Assembly: GCF_000315625.1 (NCBI RefSeq)
Contig: NW_005434665.1
Location: 1,004,796 to 1,068,795, forward strand
Reading direction: 5' to 3'
Source of the DNA: Guillardia theta CCMP2712
Taxonomy: Eukaryota; Protista; Cryptophyta
DNA: 64,000 bases
Shown: piece after piece, positions 1 to 12,451 of the stretch
Layout: each line of letters begins with the position of its first letter
Position numbering within the stretch: position 1 is the first letter of the stretch
Made by a program: the position numbers and the translations under genes
Notes under the pieces: model-generated
What the model saw: only the letters and a program-made list of their open reading frames with translations
What the model was told of the DNA's origin: nothing
The model's database searches: none

Positions 1-165
1 GGAGAAGCTGACGTATTTCATTAGCCCGTAAACTTTTCCTGCGCCATGCGGTTAGTCCCAGGAGCTCTTTCAAGAAACTTAGCATGCCAACTAGCATAAG
101 TTCCTGTTAGTACCCATGATAGCCCACATTCAATTCTGTTTCACTTTCAGGTTTTGACACACTGT

Positions 166-230
166 CCCTCCCTCCCTCCCTCCCTCCCTCCCTCCCTCCC
201 TCCCTCCCTCCCTCCCTCCCTCCCTCCCTC
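166..230. repeat. (CCCT)n microsatellite, intronic
   Basis: Perfect tetranucleotide array. Confidence 0.95.
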
Positions 231-263
231 TTGCTGACTCGCTGCTCCTCTTTCAATCTTTTC

Positions 264-1691
264 AGGTCGCTGCTGTCGCTCTGGATCCAGATCTCCTCCG
301 CCAGTACATGAAATCAATCGTTAGCAATCTCCTGGTGTGGTCAAGCGACAGGTTCGATCTTTCTTCTCCATCTGCCTGTGCTTGGCCCTGATGGTCTCGC
401 AGTCGGAATCGCTTCAGGCTCAAAGTCAAGGTCATTCTCGAGAGGCTCGTTAGGAGAACGTCGTATGAGGAGGTGATGGAGACACGCACGAGAGCGAGCA
501 GGAGGAGGATCAGAAAGAGGACGAGGAGGAAGAGGAAGAGGAGGAGGATCAAAGAAGGAGGGATACTCACGACGTGGCAGGTGCTTCAGGCAACGCCAGA
601 GGAACACAAGAAGCTGATCATCGCGGTTAATAAGCGACTGAAACGAGCGAAGAAGAGTAAAGCGAAACGCGAGGAGGAGGAGGAAGAGACACAGGAGCCA
701 TCGAGGATGCGGCTGAAGGGAGGATACGAAGCTGGTAAAAGAGAGAGAAGCGAGAAGGAAGTGCTGATGCCTTGGTCGCAGCCTTGTATGGAGATGAAGA
801 TGAGGAGGAGGAGGACGAGGAAGAGGAGGACGAGGGAATGGAGGATTTGCCAAAAGGACGAGCCCCGGCGGGGATGCGCAGGAGCGTCGACGGGCGGTCA
901 CGCCAGCAAGACGGCTCCTCTTCCTCCGCCCCCACAACCGCTGCTGCTAGAACCAAGTTCGGGTTCCCTGCGAACAACGTCGGCAAGCCCATCATCGTAG
1001 ATGAGGAGGAGGAGAAGGTCGCCGGGAAGAAGCGGAGGAGGATGGTGAGGCGAGGCGAAGACCTGTGCTGGTTCCTGAGAGACGACGCAGGAAGAGGAGG
1101 CAGAAGAGTTTCTGGCGCCCATGAAGGAGGAAGAGAAGGAGAGAAAAGAAGTCGCTGCGGTCCTCAAGAACTCGAGTCACGCCAATGCAATGGCACTTGC
1201 TGAGGTTGAGAAGAGGAGGATGTGGGGGTGTGGGAGGAGGAGGAGGAGGAGGAGGAGGAGGAGGTGGTGGTGGTGGTGGTGGTGGTGGTGGTGGTGCGAA
1301 TTTGAAGTTTCTTGCCGCAGCAAGCAGAAGAGGCCCTCAATGCTCGTCCAGCTCGCAGCTGGGATCAGACGGGAAGCAAGCGAAGGAAGAGGATCCAGCC
1401 GGAGTCAAAGGCAGGAGGAGAAAGAAGGAGGAGGGTCGAGTGACTGCTGGGGCAGGTGCTGGGCGGGCAGGAGTATCGGCCAAAGAAGGGAAAGACAGGA
1501 GGAGACGTGAAGAAGGCGGGGAGACCCGACCCCTTCGCTTACGTTCCATTTGACAAGCGTCAGCTGAACCAGAAAAAGAGGCATCGTCCTGTCAAGAAGC
1601 TGTCCCAGGTTCTCTCCCTCTCCCTCCTCTTGCTCGCCTGACCTTGTTCAAGGTTTTCAACGCCACAAAAGAGGCGAGAGGAAAGAAATGA
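264..1691 (+). CDS. RRP12: RRP12-like ribosome biogenesis protein, 3' exons (5' part lies before or at the window start)
   Basis: Joined exons read ...RNRFRLKVKVILERLVRR..., EEHKKLIIAVNKRLKRAKK, and GQEYRPKKGKTGGDVKKAGRPDPFAYVPFD, the characteristic RRP12 C-terminus; GT-AG introns filled with GGA repeats; stop TGA at 1689-1691. Confidence 0.85.
1233..1295. repeat. compound (GGA)n(GGT)n microsatellite, intronic
   Basis: Directly visible. Confidence 0.95.
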
Positions 1692-1754
1692 TGCGATTGG
1701 CCACCCTAGATTACAAGAAACACACTTTGTCTCCTCCCTCTCCTCTCCGTCCTC

Positions 1755-3258
1755 CTACTCTTCTGCAAGGTTTCCCTCCTCCCTCGCTTCTAGCGAGTGA
1801 TAGGCATTTCGCTCCTCCCCGTTTCGCCTCCTCCTGTACAATCTCACTGCCAGCAGCAAGCATGTTGCGAGAAGGCAGGCAGCGAGACAGGTGAGCAGCC
1901 CCGAGCCATCGCCGCGTCTCCTTCCTCCTACCGCTAGCGCAGGGTCACGAGACTTTCCCCTCTCCTCCTCCTCACCTCTTGTCGTCGTTTCCAGCAGCCT
2001 CGTGCTGAGAGCTCTTCCTACCAGCTCAGCTATGGTGTTGCTGAGAGCTCTTCCTACCAACCCGCTCGCGTTGGTCTCCTGAGCTCGCATCCAGGAGGGC
2101 GGAGGGAAGCTGCAGGAGGCAGTTGAGATACGAGCACTGGAGAAGGAGGAGGCAGAAGGTGGGGAGGAGGGGGCGGAGGAGGACTCACCCGACAATGGAG
2201 GTCACGGGCGTGTCCATGCTCACCATCAACTTCTTACGAGCAGGCGGTGACCCGAACTCGACAGGGAGAAGGAAGGAGATGGAGCTGAAGCCTGCTCCTC
2301 CTTCCCTGCCCTCACCCTCCTGCTCGTCTCCCGGAGACACCTGGATGGCATATCCTTCCCCGGTGTCGCTCGTAAGAGCAAAGGAATCGTTCTTCCTCCC
2401 TACCGCGACCGACAGGTTGAGAGCGTTCGAGAAGTTGAAGCTCATCAGGTAGCTTCTCAGCCACGACGCTCCCAGCACAATCCCCTCGTCCGATGGCTCG
2501 ATGCAGGCAGAGTAAGGGACCTCGTATACCTCGTCTTCGATGCTGATGAGTAAAGCGCTTCGGTTTCCGCTCTCGTAGAGTCGGAGCAGCTTCTCGTAGG
2601 GGTTTTCAGCCAGCAAGTCGTCCATGGTGCTGTTGGGGATGAGAATGCACAAGCTGTTGATGTCGATGCGAGCGAGAGTCGAGTTGGTGGAGGCCGAGAA
2701 GTTGAGGAGATCAACCCCACCCAGCATCATCCCCGTCACCTCCACCGCGTATGACCCGTTGCTCAAACTGAGATTGTGTGATACTAGCGTCCCATCCACC
2801 ACCTCCGGGTCGTATCCTCCGAGCATGATTTGGCCGACATCATCGATCACCGTGATGGAGAAGACGGGAGGCATCGGCTCGAAGTCGTCCACCTGCGTCA
2901 GGTTCCAGGACGGTCTCGAGGTTGACGCCAGCGTTTTCAGGATGGCAGGAGATCCATGCTCCGCTGACCATCCGAGCCCGAGGATCCCGTCTGAGGCCAT
3001 GGCAGACACACCACTGTCGACATGTGGGCAGGAGAGGACGGAGAACCTTGTTCTTACTCGCAGCTCCCCGATCTTTACCAGGTCCTCCCCGATGTAGCTC
3101 TCGTCCAGCTGCTGGATCAAGCTGAAGCTCTCGGAGTCTGCCGGATCAAACAGAGGAGAAGACGCCTCACATGTGAGCTTCTCCTCCCCTGCCATCGCCA
3201 CCCCCACCATCCCCACCATCATCGCCATCCACACCATCCCATGTCGCCCCCCCGCCAT
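1755..3258 (-). CDS. Pepsin-fold (peptidase A1-like) type I membrane protein, probably inactive and circularly permuted
   Basis: Signal peptide; pepsin motifs FDPADSESF, DGILGLG, FSIT...GQIMLGGYD, IVLGASWLRSY, and VEFGSPP...VSMDTP near the end of exon 1; intron ~2113-2188; exon 2 has a hydrophobic TM (LLTCLAACLLATCLLLAV) followed by RRRR. Confidence 0.75.
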
Positions 3259-3289
3259 CTTGACCTGCCAGACCCTTGCCTATTTTCGG

Positions 3290-3830
3290 TGTGACCGGGC
3301 CGGGCCCGGCGGGCCGGGCACGCGGCAGCCGCTCAGCCGGCGGCTAGTTCAACTTTTGACAATCATCGCCGGCTGTGTGACCGGCCACTGGCAGTCACTC
3401 GCTCGGACCTCGGGAAGGTGACTGGCTCATCATTGCTCAGCGACCATCATCGCGGCTCAGCGGCCCATTAAGCCTATTGAAGCCTCCGGTACGGTATCAG
3501 GGCCGAGAGGGACAGCAGTACGGTAGTGAAGGACTCAGCACTTGAAGTCAAGATAAATGGAGACGGTACCCAGCCGTGTGATAGAGTGACCGCCCTGCAG
3601 TGCGGCCCGGTATTAATTCGGGCCGGGCCGAGCCCGCCGGACCCCCCGGTGAGGCAGTCACAGGAGTGACTCAGTCACCCGTGACCGCACGGTACGACGG
3701 TACCGTCGCCGCCCGCCGCAGCGGGCCGCCACTGGCAGCGCCGGGGCGCGGCCGCCGGGCCCCGGACCGGCGGTCCGACCGGCCCCGGGTGCCCCGAGAC
3801 CGCATCCCCACTCACACCCCCGGCATTCGT
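3290..3830. other. GC-rich palindrome-dense intergenic island (copy 1)
   Basis: Dense CCGG/GGGCCC/CCCGGG/GGTACC plus TGACTCAG and CAGTCAC words; same vocabulary at 14514, 17938, 21968 and 55075. Confidence 0.7.
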
Positions 3831-4528
3831 TTTGGTTTCATTCACCGTGGGTGGGGTCTAACCATTTCTACGGGGTAGGGTAGTAAAAATATGAGGGTGG
3901 GGTACTGAATATACGGGTGGTAGTAATTTATTATCAGGTGGAAAAGGTTGGTAAGGGTACTGGATTATCACCACAACATGGGGTGGGGTCTGACTTGAAT
4001 GGGGTCACCGGGGAAGCCAAGGTGTACGTATGTTTGTGCAAAATGGAGAGGAGGAAGAGGAAGGAGGAGAGGAGGAAGAGGAAGGAGGAGAGGAGAAGAG
4101 CGAGAGAAGTTGAAGAAGAGAAGAGGAGAGACCGAAAGTGAGAGAGGAGATGGCTGTAAGAGAATAGGGAGTAAGAGAGATCGGCGAAGTGAGGACAGGT
4201 TTGGGGAGGAGCAACCGTGAGGGATTGAGGTAAAGACAGATTCAATAGACGAGCAGCGATCACGTCAGCAGGAAAGAGGTGGTGAAACATGGAAAACTTG
4301 TATCCAGTGCAGTTACCAGCAGGCCCTTTTCCAACCGATCCAATCCGAACTTTACAGCCATCACAAAGGAATTGCATAGTTGAGAGTCTCGGAATGTTTG
4401 ACTGGTGTGCGTACTGTCTTTGTGGCTTTGTCTCGACCTTGTTGTACCACAAGACTGTTGGCAGGTGAGTTGCTGCATTGCTGAGCCTTTATAAGCATCA
4501 GGCGAGAAGCTGAGCTGGTCAGATCGCC

Positions 4529-6772
4529 ATGGGAACAACTGGATCGAAGCTTGAGAAGTCGCTGCCCTCCTCCTTCCCTGACAACGAGAGAATCTTCGGG
4601 CTTGAGAATGTCTGTCTGCTCCGTCGCCTCCTTCAGCATGGCTGATGCTGCTTGTCAGTTCGGGAACACCTGCTACTGCAACTCTGTACTACAAGCTCTC
4701 TACTTCTGCCTGCCATTCCGAGAGGTAAAGGCCTTCCACCTCTATACTTGTTTGAGGCTCACCTCAGGCCGTCTTGGACTGGGCAAGAGCTTGTGTGAAC
4801 AGCAAGGTTCTAGTGTGATGATTTCAGATGCGCTCTGTTGATTCTTGATGTCAGGTTCGCAACGATGAGGACTCCATGCTTGTTTCGGTGTGAGAGGGGG
4901 AGTCCAAGAGGAAGAGGAAAGAATGACGAGGATGTTGAGGTTGCGGAGACGTTCCTGCATATCAGCAGCAACAAGAAGAAGTTCGGAGTTTACGGCCCGA
5001 AGAAGTTGATTCAGGTTTCCATCTCCTCGAAGGTCGTCAGCTCTCCAACCGTCAGTAACCTCCTGTGCCCAGGTGTTGAGGAAGAACAATGAAGCCTTCC
5101 GAGGATATCAAGTCAGCGGTGAGTCTCCTTCCGACTTGATCTCACGCATGGCTGGTCTAGCATCAAGACGCTCATGAGTTCATGAACTACTTGCTCAATC
5201 AAATCACAGAGGAGCTCCACATGTACGAGTTCCCCACACTCTCACCCTCCTCCTCGTCTCCTGCTGCCTCCCCACCTCCCCTCCCTCTCCTCCCTGCGTC
5301 GACCTCGTTGGCTCCTTACGTCTCGCTACTTCAGGGAGGCCAAGGAGCTCGCTCCTCACTCAGTCGACCGGTTGACTCGCACGCGTGTGTTGCTCGTGCT
5401 GACTAGCGGTGAAGCACTCCGGAGATGCCCAAAACTTGGGTGCAGGTGAAGCGATGGATGGGAGCGAGGAGAGCGAGGGCGAGGAGAGGGGAAAGAGAAG
5501 AGGGGGGATGAGGCAGAAAGGCACCGGATGGAAGTGACGTTTGGCTCATGACGCAGAATATCTTCGAAGGAACTCTAACCAACGAGACGAGATGTCTCAA
5601 CTGCGAGACTGTCACCAAGTAGAGCTTGTTGTACTCCTCCCCCTCCTGACGTCTTTACGATAAGTCGCGATGAAGCATTTCTAGACTTGTCGCTAGAAAT
5701 TGAGGAGAACAGTTCCATCACGAGTTGTCTGCGGAACTTCTCAGGTGAAGTCAGTCAAAGCAACAAGCATGTTGGTGAGGCAAGGCGAGCAGGCATCGAG
5801 ACTCTCAACAAGCAAGACAAGTTCTACTGCGAGAAATGTTGCAGTTTGCAGGTAAGGGGAAGGAGGAGAGGATGGGTGACTGGGAAAGAGAAGGGGGAAC
5901 GGAAGGTCCTGCGGGGCCAGGAAAGGAATGTGAGAGTGTTGCAGGAGGCGCACAAATCGATTCGAGTCAAACGAACTCCAAACATCCTCGCGCTTCACCT
6001 GTGAGTTTGTCTCTCTTTCCCCTCGCCCGTCGCTCATCCTCGTGCAGCAAACGATTCAAGTACGTGGAGTCCGTCGGCAGGTTGAAGAAGTTGTCTCATC
6101 GCGTCGTGTTCCCCGTGGAGCTCAAGGTGAGGAAATTGCCTGCGCAGCGAGGAAGCTGAGGAGAGTCAGTTGAACAACACGACCGACGCAGCAGCAGATG
6201 AAGATGCTTTCTTCAACCTCTTCGCGGTAGTGGTAAGCAGGAAGACTTCTCTCCTCAAGACATGTCCTGTCAAATTGTCTCCTCTTTCCCTCTCTCTCCT
6301 CCCTTCCCCTCCTGTGAACTTCGTCTCCCCCTTCCTCCTTCTTTCTCTCGTTTACCGATCTGTCGATGAATGCCTGTGGCAGGTGCATGTAGGCAGTGGT
6401 ATGAATCACGGGCACTACGTTTGTCTCATCAAGATTCACGAGCAATGGTTTCACTTCGACGATGACACCGTTGAAGGCGTCGATGACTCGCACGTAAGCA
6501 ACCACTTCCCCCTCGTCCCCCTCCCCTGCACTTGAGACTCTATCCTGTTGCCTCCTCCACCTTTGTTACTGTGTGGAAGGCTCTGTCGTTCCACCTCCGC
6601 TCTCTCATCTCTTGCTCGACCCTCCGCTCCTCCTCTCCTTGCCTCTCTCTTGCTGCTTCGCCTTGCTGGTCTCACGACGCTGTCTCAGCTTCACTCTGTC
6701 TTTGGGTCAGCGCAGGAAGGAGGAGGGAATTATTCTGGCTACATCCTCTTCTACCAGAAGGTCACGGCGTGA
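4529..6772 (+). CDS. USP12: Ubiquitin-specific protease USP12/USP46 (UBP3/4) family
   Basis: [12 protein letters not shown]...FGLEN|[15 protein letters not shown] (Cys box), [39 protein letters not shown] (His box), WFHFDDD, GYILFYQ; many short introns. Confidence 0.93.
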
Positions 6773-6885
6773 GAGGCTGCAGGCTTCCTTGTCATGTAGA
6801 ATATTCATTGAAACCAACAACACACGTGGAGTGTCGTGTGCATATATCCCGTCCTCCTCCTCCTCCTCGTCTCTTGCATGCTGAT

Positions 6886-9232
6886 TCATGTCTCCGTCTT
6901 CTCCCTCAACTTCGCGCGGCAGACAAGAGGAAGGTGATCTGAGGGTTGCGACTTGTCAGGAAGACCCTGCGAGCCCTGCAAAGCCAGGTGAGGAGGAGGA
7001 GTAGGAGGAGGAGGAGGGAGAATTGAACCAGGTCCTGAGGAGAGGGAACGTCGAGCACCTGAAAGGCAGTAAGGAAACGAGCAAGGAGGGGGAGGGGGAG
7101 GGGGGGGGGGGGGGCACAGGAGGAGGAGGAGGAGGAGGAGGAGGAGGAGGAGGAGGAGGAGGAGGAGGAAGAAGAGGAGGAGGAACTCACCGACTCCACG
7201 ACAAACTTTGCTGGGGAGTCTCTTACGTCGTTTGACAGTGTAGGAAGGAGGAGACTTGGCGAGAATTTCTGCATATGTCGGTTGTCTGCGGCGGAGGGAG
7301 CAGAAAAGAGCAGGAAACTTGAAGAGCGCGAAGCAGTGCTTCACCTCCTCCTCCTCCTCCTCCTCCTCTGCAGGGCACCTAAAGAAGATGTAGTCGAGAG
7401 TTCCTGAGAAAGTTCAGTAAGGAAAAGAGGAGGCGAGCGGGGAGGAACCTTTGAAATGCTGTCTGTAGTTGGTGTACAAGGGCTCCGAGGCCTGAGGGGG
7501 GAGCAAGGAAGGGAGGGGAGGGGAGGGAGATGGGGAGGAGGAGGAGGCGTTTAACAGCGCGAACATATGACGATAAGCGCTTTCAAAACCAGCATCTTCA
7601 GTAATGAAGTGGTAGACCTTCAAGACAAGTCAACAGGAAAAGCTTCTCCTCCGTTACCTCACAGCTCCTCTGCCTCTTCTCTCCTCGTCTCTTCCTCTGC
7701 CTCTTCTCTCCTCGTCTCTTCCTCTGCCTCTTCTCTCCTCTTCTCTTCCTCTGCCTCTTCTCATCTTACCCGGGTCTGCGGCATCGAGTTGAAGTCACCC
7801 ATCAGAAGACTCGTCATGTGGCCGAACTGTCTCTCAATCTTATCGATTTCCCTCACTACGGTCTTCGCCTGTCATACCCGTCAGACAAAGAGAGCCGATG
7901 AGGAGAAAGAGGGGAGGGCAGAGGAGGGGGAGGAGAGCAGAGATGAGGAGGAGGAAACGAGGGCAGAGGAGGAGGAGCTGTCTGCCTGAATGAGCTTGAG
8001 GTCGCTGAATTGTGGGTTCCAGAACAGATGTGCATTTGCGATGCACATCATCTTCTCATTGCTGCGACGAGGCTGAGGTGAAGGATCCTGCTGCGTCTTG
8101 CTGTCGTTTCTTTGACTTTCCTCGACGTGTTGAAGGATGACATATACAGCAACATTGTGTGTGATATAGGAAGGAGTCTCGATGTAAGGTCTTGCTCTGA
8201 AATGTTTGCTACTCAGCATCTTCTGTTCTATTATCATCGGTCGTACTCACCGCTCTATGGCTCCATCAAGCTCCACCGCTCGAGAGTGTACGAGTCGGAA
8301 GCTCTTCCTCTTCCAGAAGGTGGCACCTGTGTTGCGAGACATCAACTCTCGGTCTAACAGATCTCTTTCATGCCAACATCCATCTTGCTTGTCGATTCCA
8401 TTCCGCTGCTTGTAAACTCCTTCATACCTGAACTGAGGTCAGCAGCGTCACCTGGGCACGCAGCATGCTACCCCCTCGCGCGCAACTCTGGATCAACAAA
8501 CGCCTCATAGTGATCAACTTCCTGATACATCCGCTGACTTGTCAAGAAGTTTGCAGCAAGAGGCGCTGACCTGAAGGCATATCACGTCCGCGTCAACTGC
8601 ATCAATGATTTGTAGCTGGTGCGATCATATCAGATTCGCCTCATTGCAATTCCAACATCACGAGTGAATGTTTTCTATGCTGCCATGTCAGAAATCTTGG
8701 ATTGACCTCTGGAAAGTGTTCTTTCTTGGCATAGCAGCTGCTTCAAACTTCAATCTCAGCGCCTCTCCATAATGGCTTACTCCGCAAGGATGTTGTAGGT
8801 CAAGAATTTGATGCTCCTTCCCTGTATACTTTTTGTGCGGCTAATCCATGTCCTATTGCCTAACAGCTCGTCAACATTCTCAGTGACCCGGGCCACGTTT
8901 TTCTTGTCTTTTCCTGAAACAAGCTCACTATGGTGTCACATGACGTTGACTGACCTCTTCCAAGGCCCAACAGATGTCGGCAGGAATAAAGACACTCTCC
9001 GATCACGGGCCATTGAAGGCAAGTACAGTCGATGCCCTTAAAAGAGTCGGAAACAGGGAGAAGGGACAGGAGCAACACGATGAAGCGAAGCGAGCGGGTG
9101 GACCATCGACGCGACTGGGAGGACGGTAGAGTAGAACAGGAAGAATCATCCTTGCTGTGAGAGGATCGCTCGGTCAGGTGTCCCCTCCCTCTCATGGTTC
9201 ATTCCTCTGTACGTGTCGCTCGTCTTTGCCAT
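6886..9232 (-). CDS. CCR4/nocturnin/angel-family EEP deadenylase
   Basis: Minus-strand exons give LTYNILAE, QEVDHY, CIANAHLFWNPQFSDLKLIQA, LMGDFNS, TFSGTLDYIFF and PSDHLPL, the ordered EEP motifs; start codon uncertain. Confidence 0.85.
7665..7762. repeat. 27-bp pyrimidine-rich tandem repeat (~3.5 copies), intronic
   Basis: Unit CTCTGCCTCTTCTCTCCTCGTCTCTTC. Confidence 0.85.
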
Positions 9233-9550
9233 GGCCCTGCGTTGATGCGACTGATCGCGAGCATGACCAGCACTGTGTTTTCAGGGAATATTTTATTGGA
9301 AAGTTTTTAAATTGTACCGGATTCAAATTTTAAAATTAGTTTCTACCACAATTGTTTTAGTCTTTTTGAACTGTCCAACTGTAGTTACTGTGCTTTGCTG
9401 GTTGGTCAGAAGAGGGGGTAGGGTCATAAGTGCACGGGTCCTCAAGAATGATTTTTCAAGGGTAGTACGATAGGTCATGGTCACACGGTGGGGGTCCTAC
9501 CAGCAGTCGGAGGGTATGATCTTTGAACATTCTTTTCATGAAAGTTTGTA

Positions 9551-9630
9551 GGAGGAGGAGGAGGAGGAGGAGGAGGAGGAGGAGGAGGAGGAGGAGGAGG
9601 AGGAGGAGGAGGAGGAGGAGGTGGTGGTGG
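9551..9630. repeat. (GGA)n(GGT)n microsatellite, intergenic
   Basis: Directly visible. Confidence 0.95.
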
Positions 9631-9997
9631 TTGGGAGAGGAAGAAGTCAAAGTAGAGGTGGGAGAGAAGGGCAGGGACAGCAGCAGTGACTTCCCCCTGG
9701 TGAGTAGTCACTCAGTCAGGCTAAGAGATCAGGGAGAGTTGACCGCAAGAGAATGAACATTGAAGACGTGAACGAACATGGATGATGGAGGGTGAAAGAG
9801 TATTCAAGACCCGATCAGTTCAAGGTGCTGTCCAATAGGTTATACGGGCATGAACAAGGAGGCACAAAGTCAGACAATAAGCTCCCCGCCACTCGTTGCT
9901 ATTGTGGTTGGTGCTGTTGTTGTAGACCCATAGAGGGAAGGGAGGGAGGCTCGGAGGGAGAGGGGAGGAGACGGGATAATGATGTGCAAGGGCAGGA

Positions 9998-12225
9998 ATG
10001 AACAATCAGAGGCAACCATTCACGAGCTCTTATTATAATCCAGCGCCGGGCTTTCATGAAATTGTCCATCTCGTACAACAAGAGCGCAGATCCGGTGAAG
10101 CAGATCAGCAGGAGTGCATCAAGAAGGGAATGACTCTTCCACCAGCAGATGATCAGCCACTGAGGTATGGCATCGGAATGACCATCTCCGACGAGTATCC
10201 CTACACCGTTCAATCGATGAGAGATCTTGTCGACGCGGATGACAGTCAGCAGAATCAATGATGCCTTGTCGAATCTTATTCGTATTTGTCCTTAGGATCG
10301 TTGGAAGGACAACTGCAACCAGGAGACATTGTGACATCCATTGATGGCGCTTGGTTGACCAGTGACATCGACATAAAGCAGGCGAGTTTGCTCTTTCCTT
10401 GCCGGTAAACCAGACCTGAAATATTCTTGTGTCGATTCAGCTGAAAGAGAATGTGTTGGGTACTTTTGGAACGTTGGTTGAGATCGGGTGTGTTACCGTC
10501 CACAGCTTGCCGATGATTCAACCATTGATGAGATTCCTTTAGTTTCTTGTCAAGCACGACTGGAGTTCGGAAGTATATCAGAGCAAAGCGACACTTACCG
10601 GTCGAGCACATCAGGGTTCCTTCGATTGTGAGATTGTGCCCGGGTGCTTCTGTTGAGCTCCTGATTGTCATTTTTACAGCCTTCCGATTCACATCAGAGT
10701 GTGATGGTCTCACAAGATGAAGGTTGATCTCTGCCTTGAAGATTCTTTGATTGAGTTTTCATGCGGGAATAGATGACATGGCCCATCATCCCTTCAATTT
10801 CAGCAATGGGCACCTACACTATGCAAATCCCTTGAACACCTTGTACAAAGCAATCTACAACGCAATGCAACATGCCAAAAATCGAGACGATACGATGATG
10901 CAGAGATTGATCGTGCAGATCAAAGAGGAGATTGAAAGGATCGAGGAGATTCCAAGCCGTTCTTCAAGGTTGTCCAATGATGAGAAGAGCAATCTTGAGG
11001 AGAGAGAGGAGATGGAGTCATTGAACCAGAAGCTCAGAAACGAACTACAACAGAGAGAGCAAGAAGTTACCAACCTCAAAGCTCTCATGCAAGAAAAGTC
11101 CAACGCTTTGGCTGAAATTTTGAAAATGAAAGAGAACGAAGTTCAGGGGGCTAGGGCCGCGTTTGCTAAGGTTTCAGAAGACTACGAGAGAGCTCGAGCT
11201 GAGAATGAAAAGCTCGTAGCGAGTCAGGCAGAGCTTGAGGCATCCATTGGATCTTCTCAGACCTTGCAGGATCAAAACCTCCAACTTCGGCGGATGGTGA
11301 CTGGGCAAGAAGCGGCTATCGAGGAGCTACAACAGTTGGTGAACGACTTGCAAGCGAGGAAGGAGATGCAGGAAAACATCTCGAGCGACCTGAAGCTTAT
11401 CGTCAACGAAAAGGAAGATTTGATCGAGAAGCTTCAAGTCGCTGTTGAAGAATCAGAAAGCTCTTTGCACAAGAGTGAAAACTCGGTCCAACAAATATCA
11501 GAGCAGTTGGAAACGAAAGTGAGTGAGCTGGAAGCTGCGCTGCTGGTGATCCAGAAGATGAAGACAGAAATACAGAGCAGGCAGGACGAATTCGAATCAC
11601 TTGTACACCAGCTGAATCAGAGCCAGCAAGAAATACAGAGACTTACTTCAAGATTAGATGCAATCGATCACACCAGCGCTGACGATCAACTTGCCCTTCA
11701 AGTCACGGAGAAGTACCAGAACGCCCTTGCCCAGATGGAAGATGATAAGAGATTGATCCAAAGACTTGAAAACGAACAGAACAAACTGAAATCATCGTTA
11801 AAGGGATCAGACGAAAGGATTGCCTATATCAGCTCCGAGTGGAAGCGAGCTCTAGAAAACGAGAGAAAACTTCGCTCTCAGGAGAACGTCGAGGCTGAAG
11901 AGAAGATGGCGATCTTTGAGGGGGAAATCGAGCGACTCAAGAAAGAAGGTGAACCTGACACGTGCTGTGAAATGTGTTTGACCTTTACTCTTTTGGAGCA
12001 GTCGAGATGTATAGAAACAACGCAAGCAGGCCGAAGCCCCTTGCAACTAACACAACACACAACCAGATGCCCGCAGGCAACATCAAGGTCGTGAAGAAGA
12101 TGGATCAGAGCAGAGAGTCTCCTCGCTCCTCTCGCTGCCTTCAATGTCGCAACCTTGACGATAAGCTTCGCATGCTCAATTTCTATCTATCCTGCATTCC
12201 TGTTCCGGTCAATGAATACCCCTAG
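9998..12225 (+). CDS. PDZ-domain plus long coiled-coil protein
   Basis: YGIGMTISDEYPYTV...|SLEGQLQPGDIVTSIDG...|LKENVLGTFGTLVEIG resembles a PDZ domain; 10751-11950 encodes ~350 aa of E/Q/K/L heptad coiled coil; both ends uncertain. Confidence 0.7.
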
Positions 12226-12451
12226 CCTGATTACCCCCACCCTACCTTTGACCAGTAAATCATGAATTTTTTCCTAGTATTTTATTGAGGCGGGTTTGTA
12301 GGCTTTATCCTCCTTTGTTTGCTCCGGTTTGCCCTTCTTTTTCAGTCAATAAAAGAGAACTGACAAGAGCCCGACAGCTACGGGAGAGGGAGAAGAAGAA
12401 GAAGAAGAAGAAGAGACAGGGAATGATATGAAGATCGCGATGAAAACTTGA

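Noticed and set aside
4529-6772. USP12/46 as the protease processing the LRGG proteins
   Set aside because: No signal peptide, conserved cytosolic enzyme; co-location in a eukaryotic window is not evidence.
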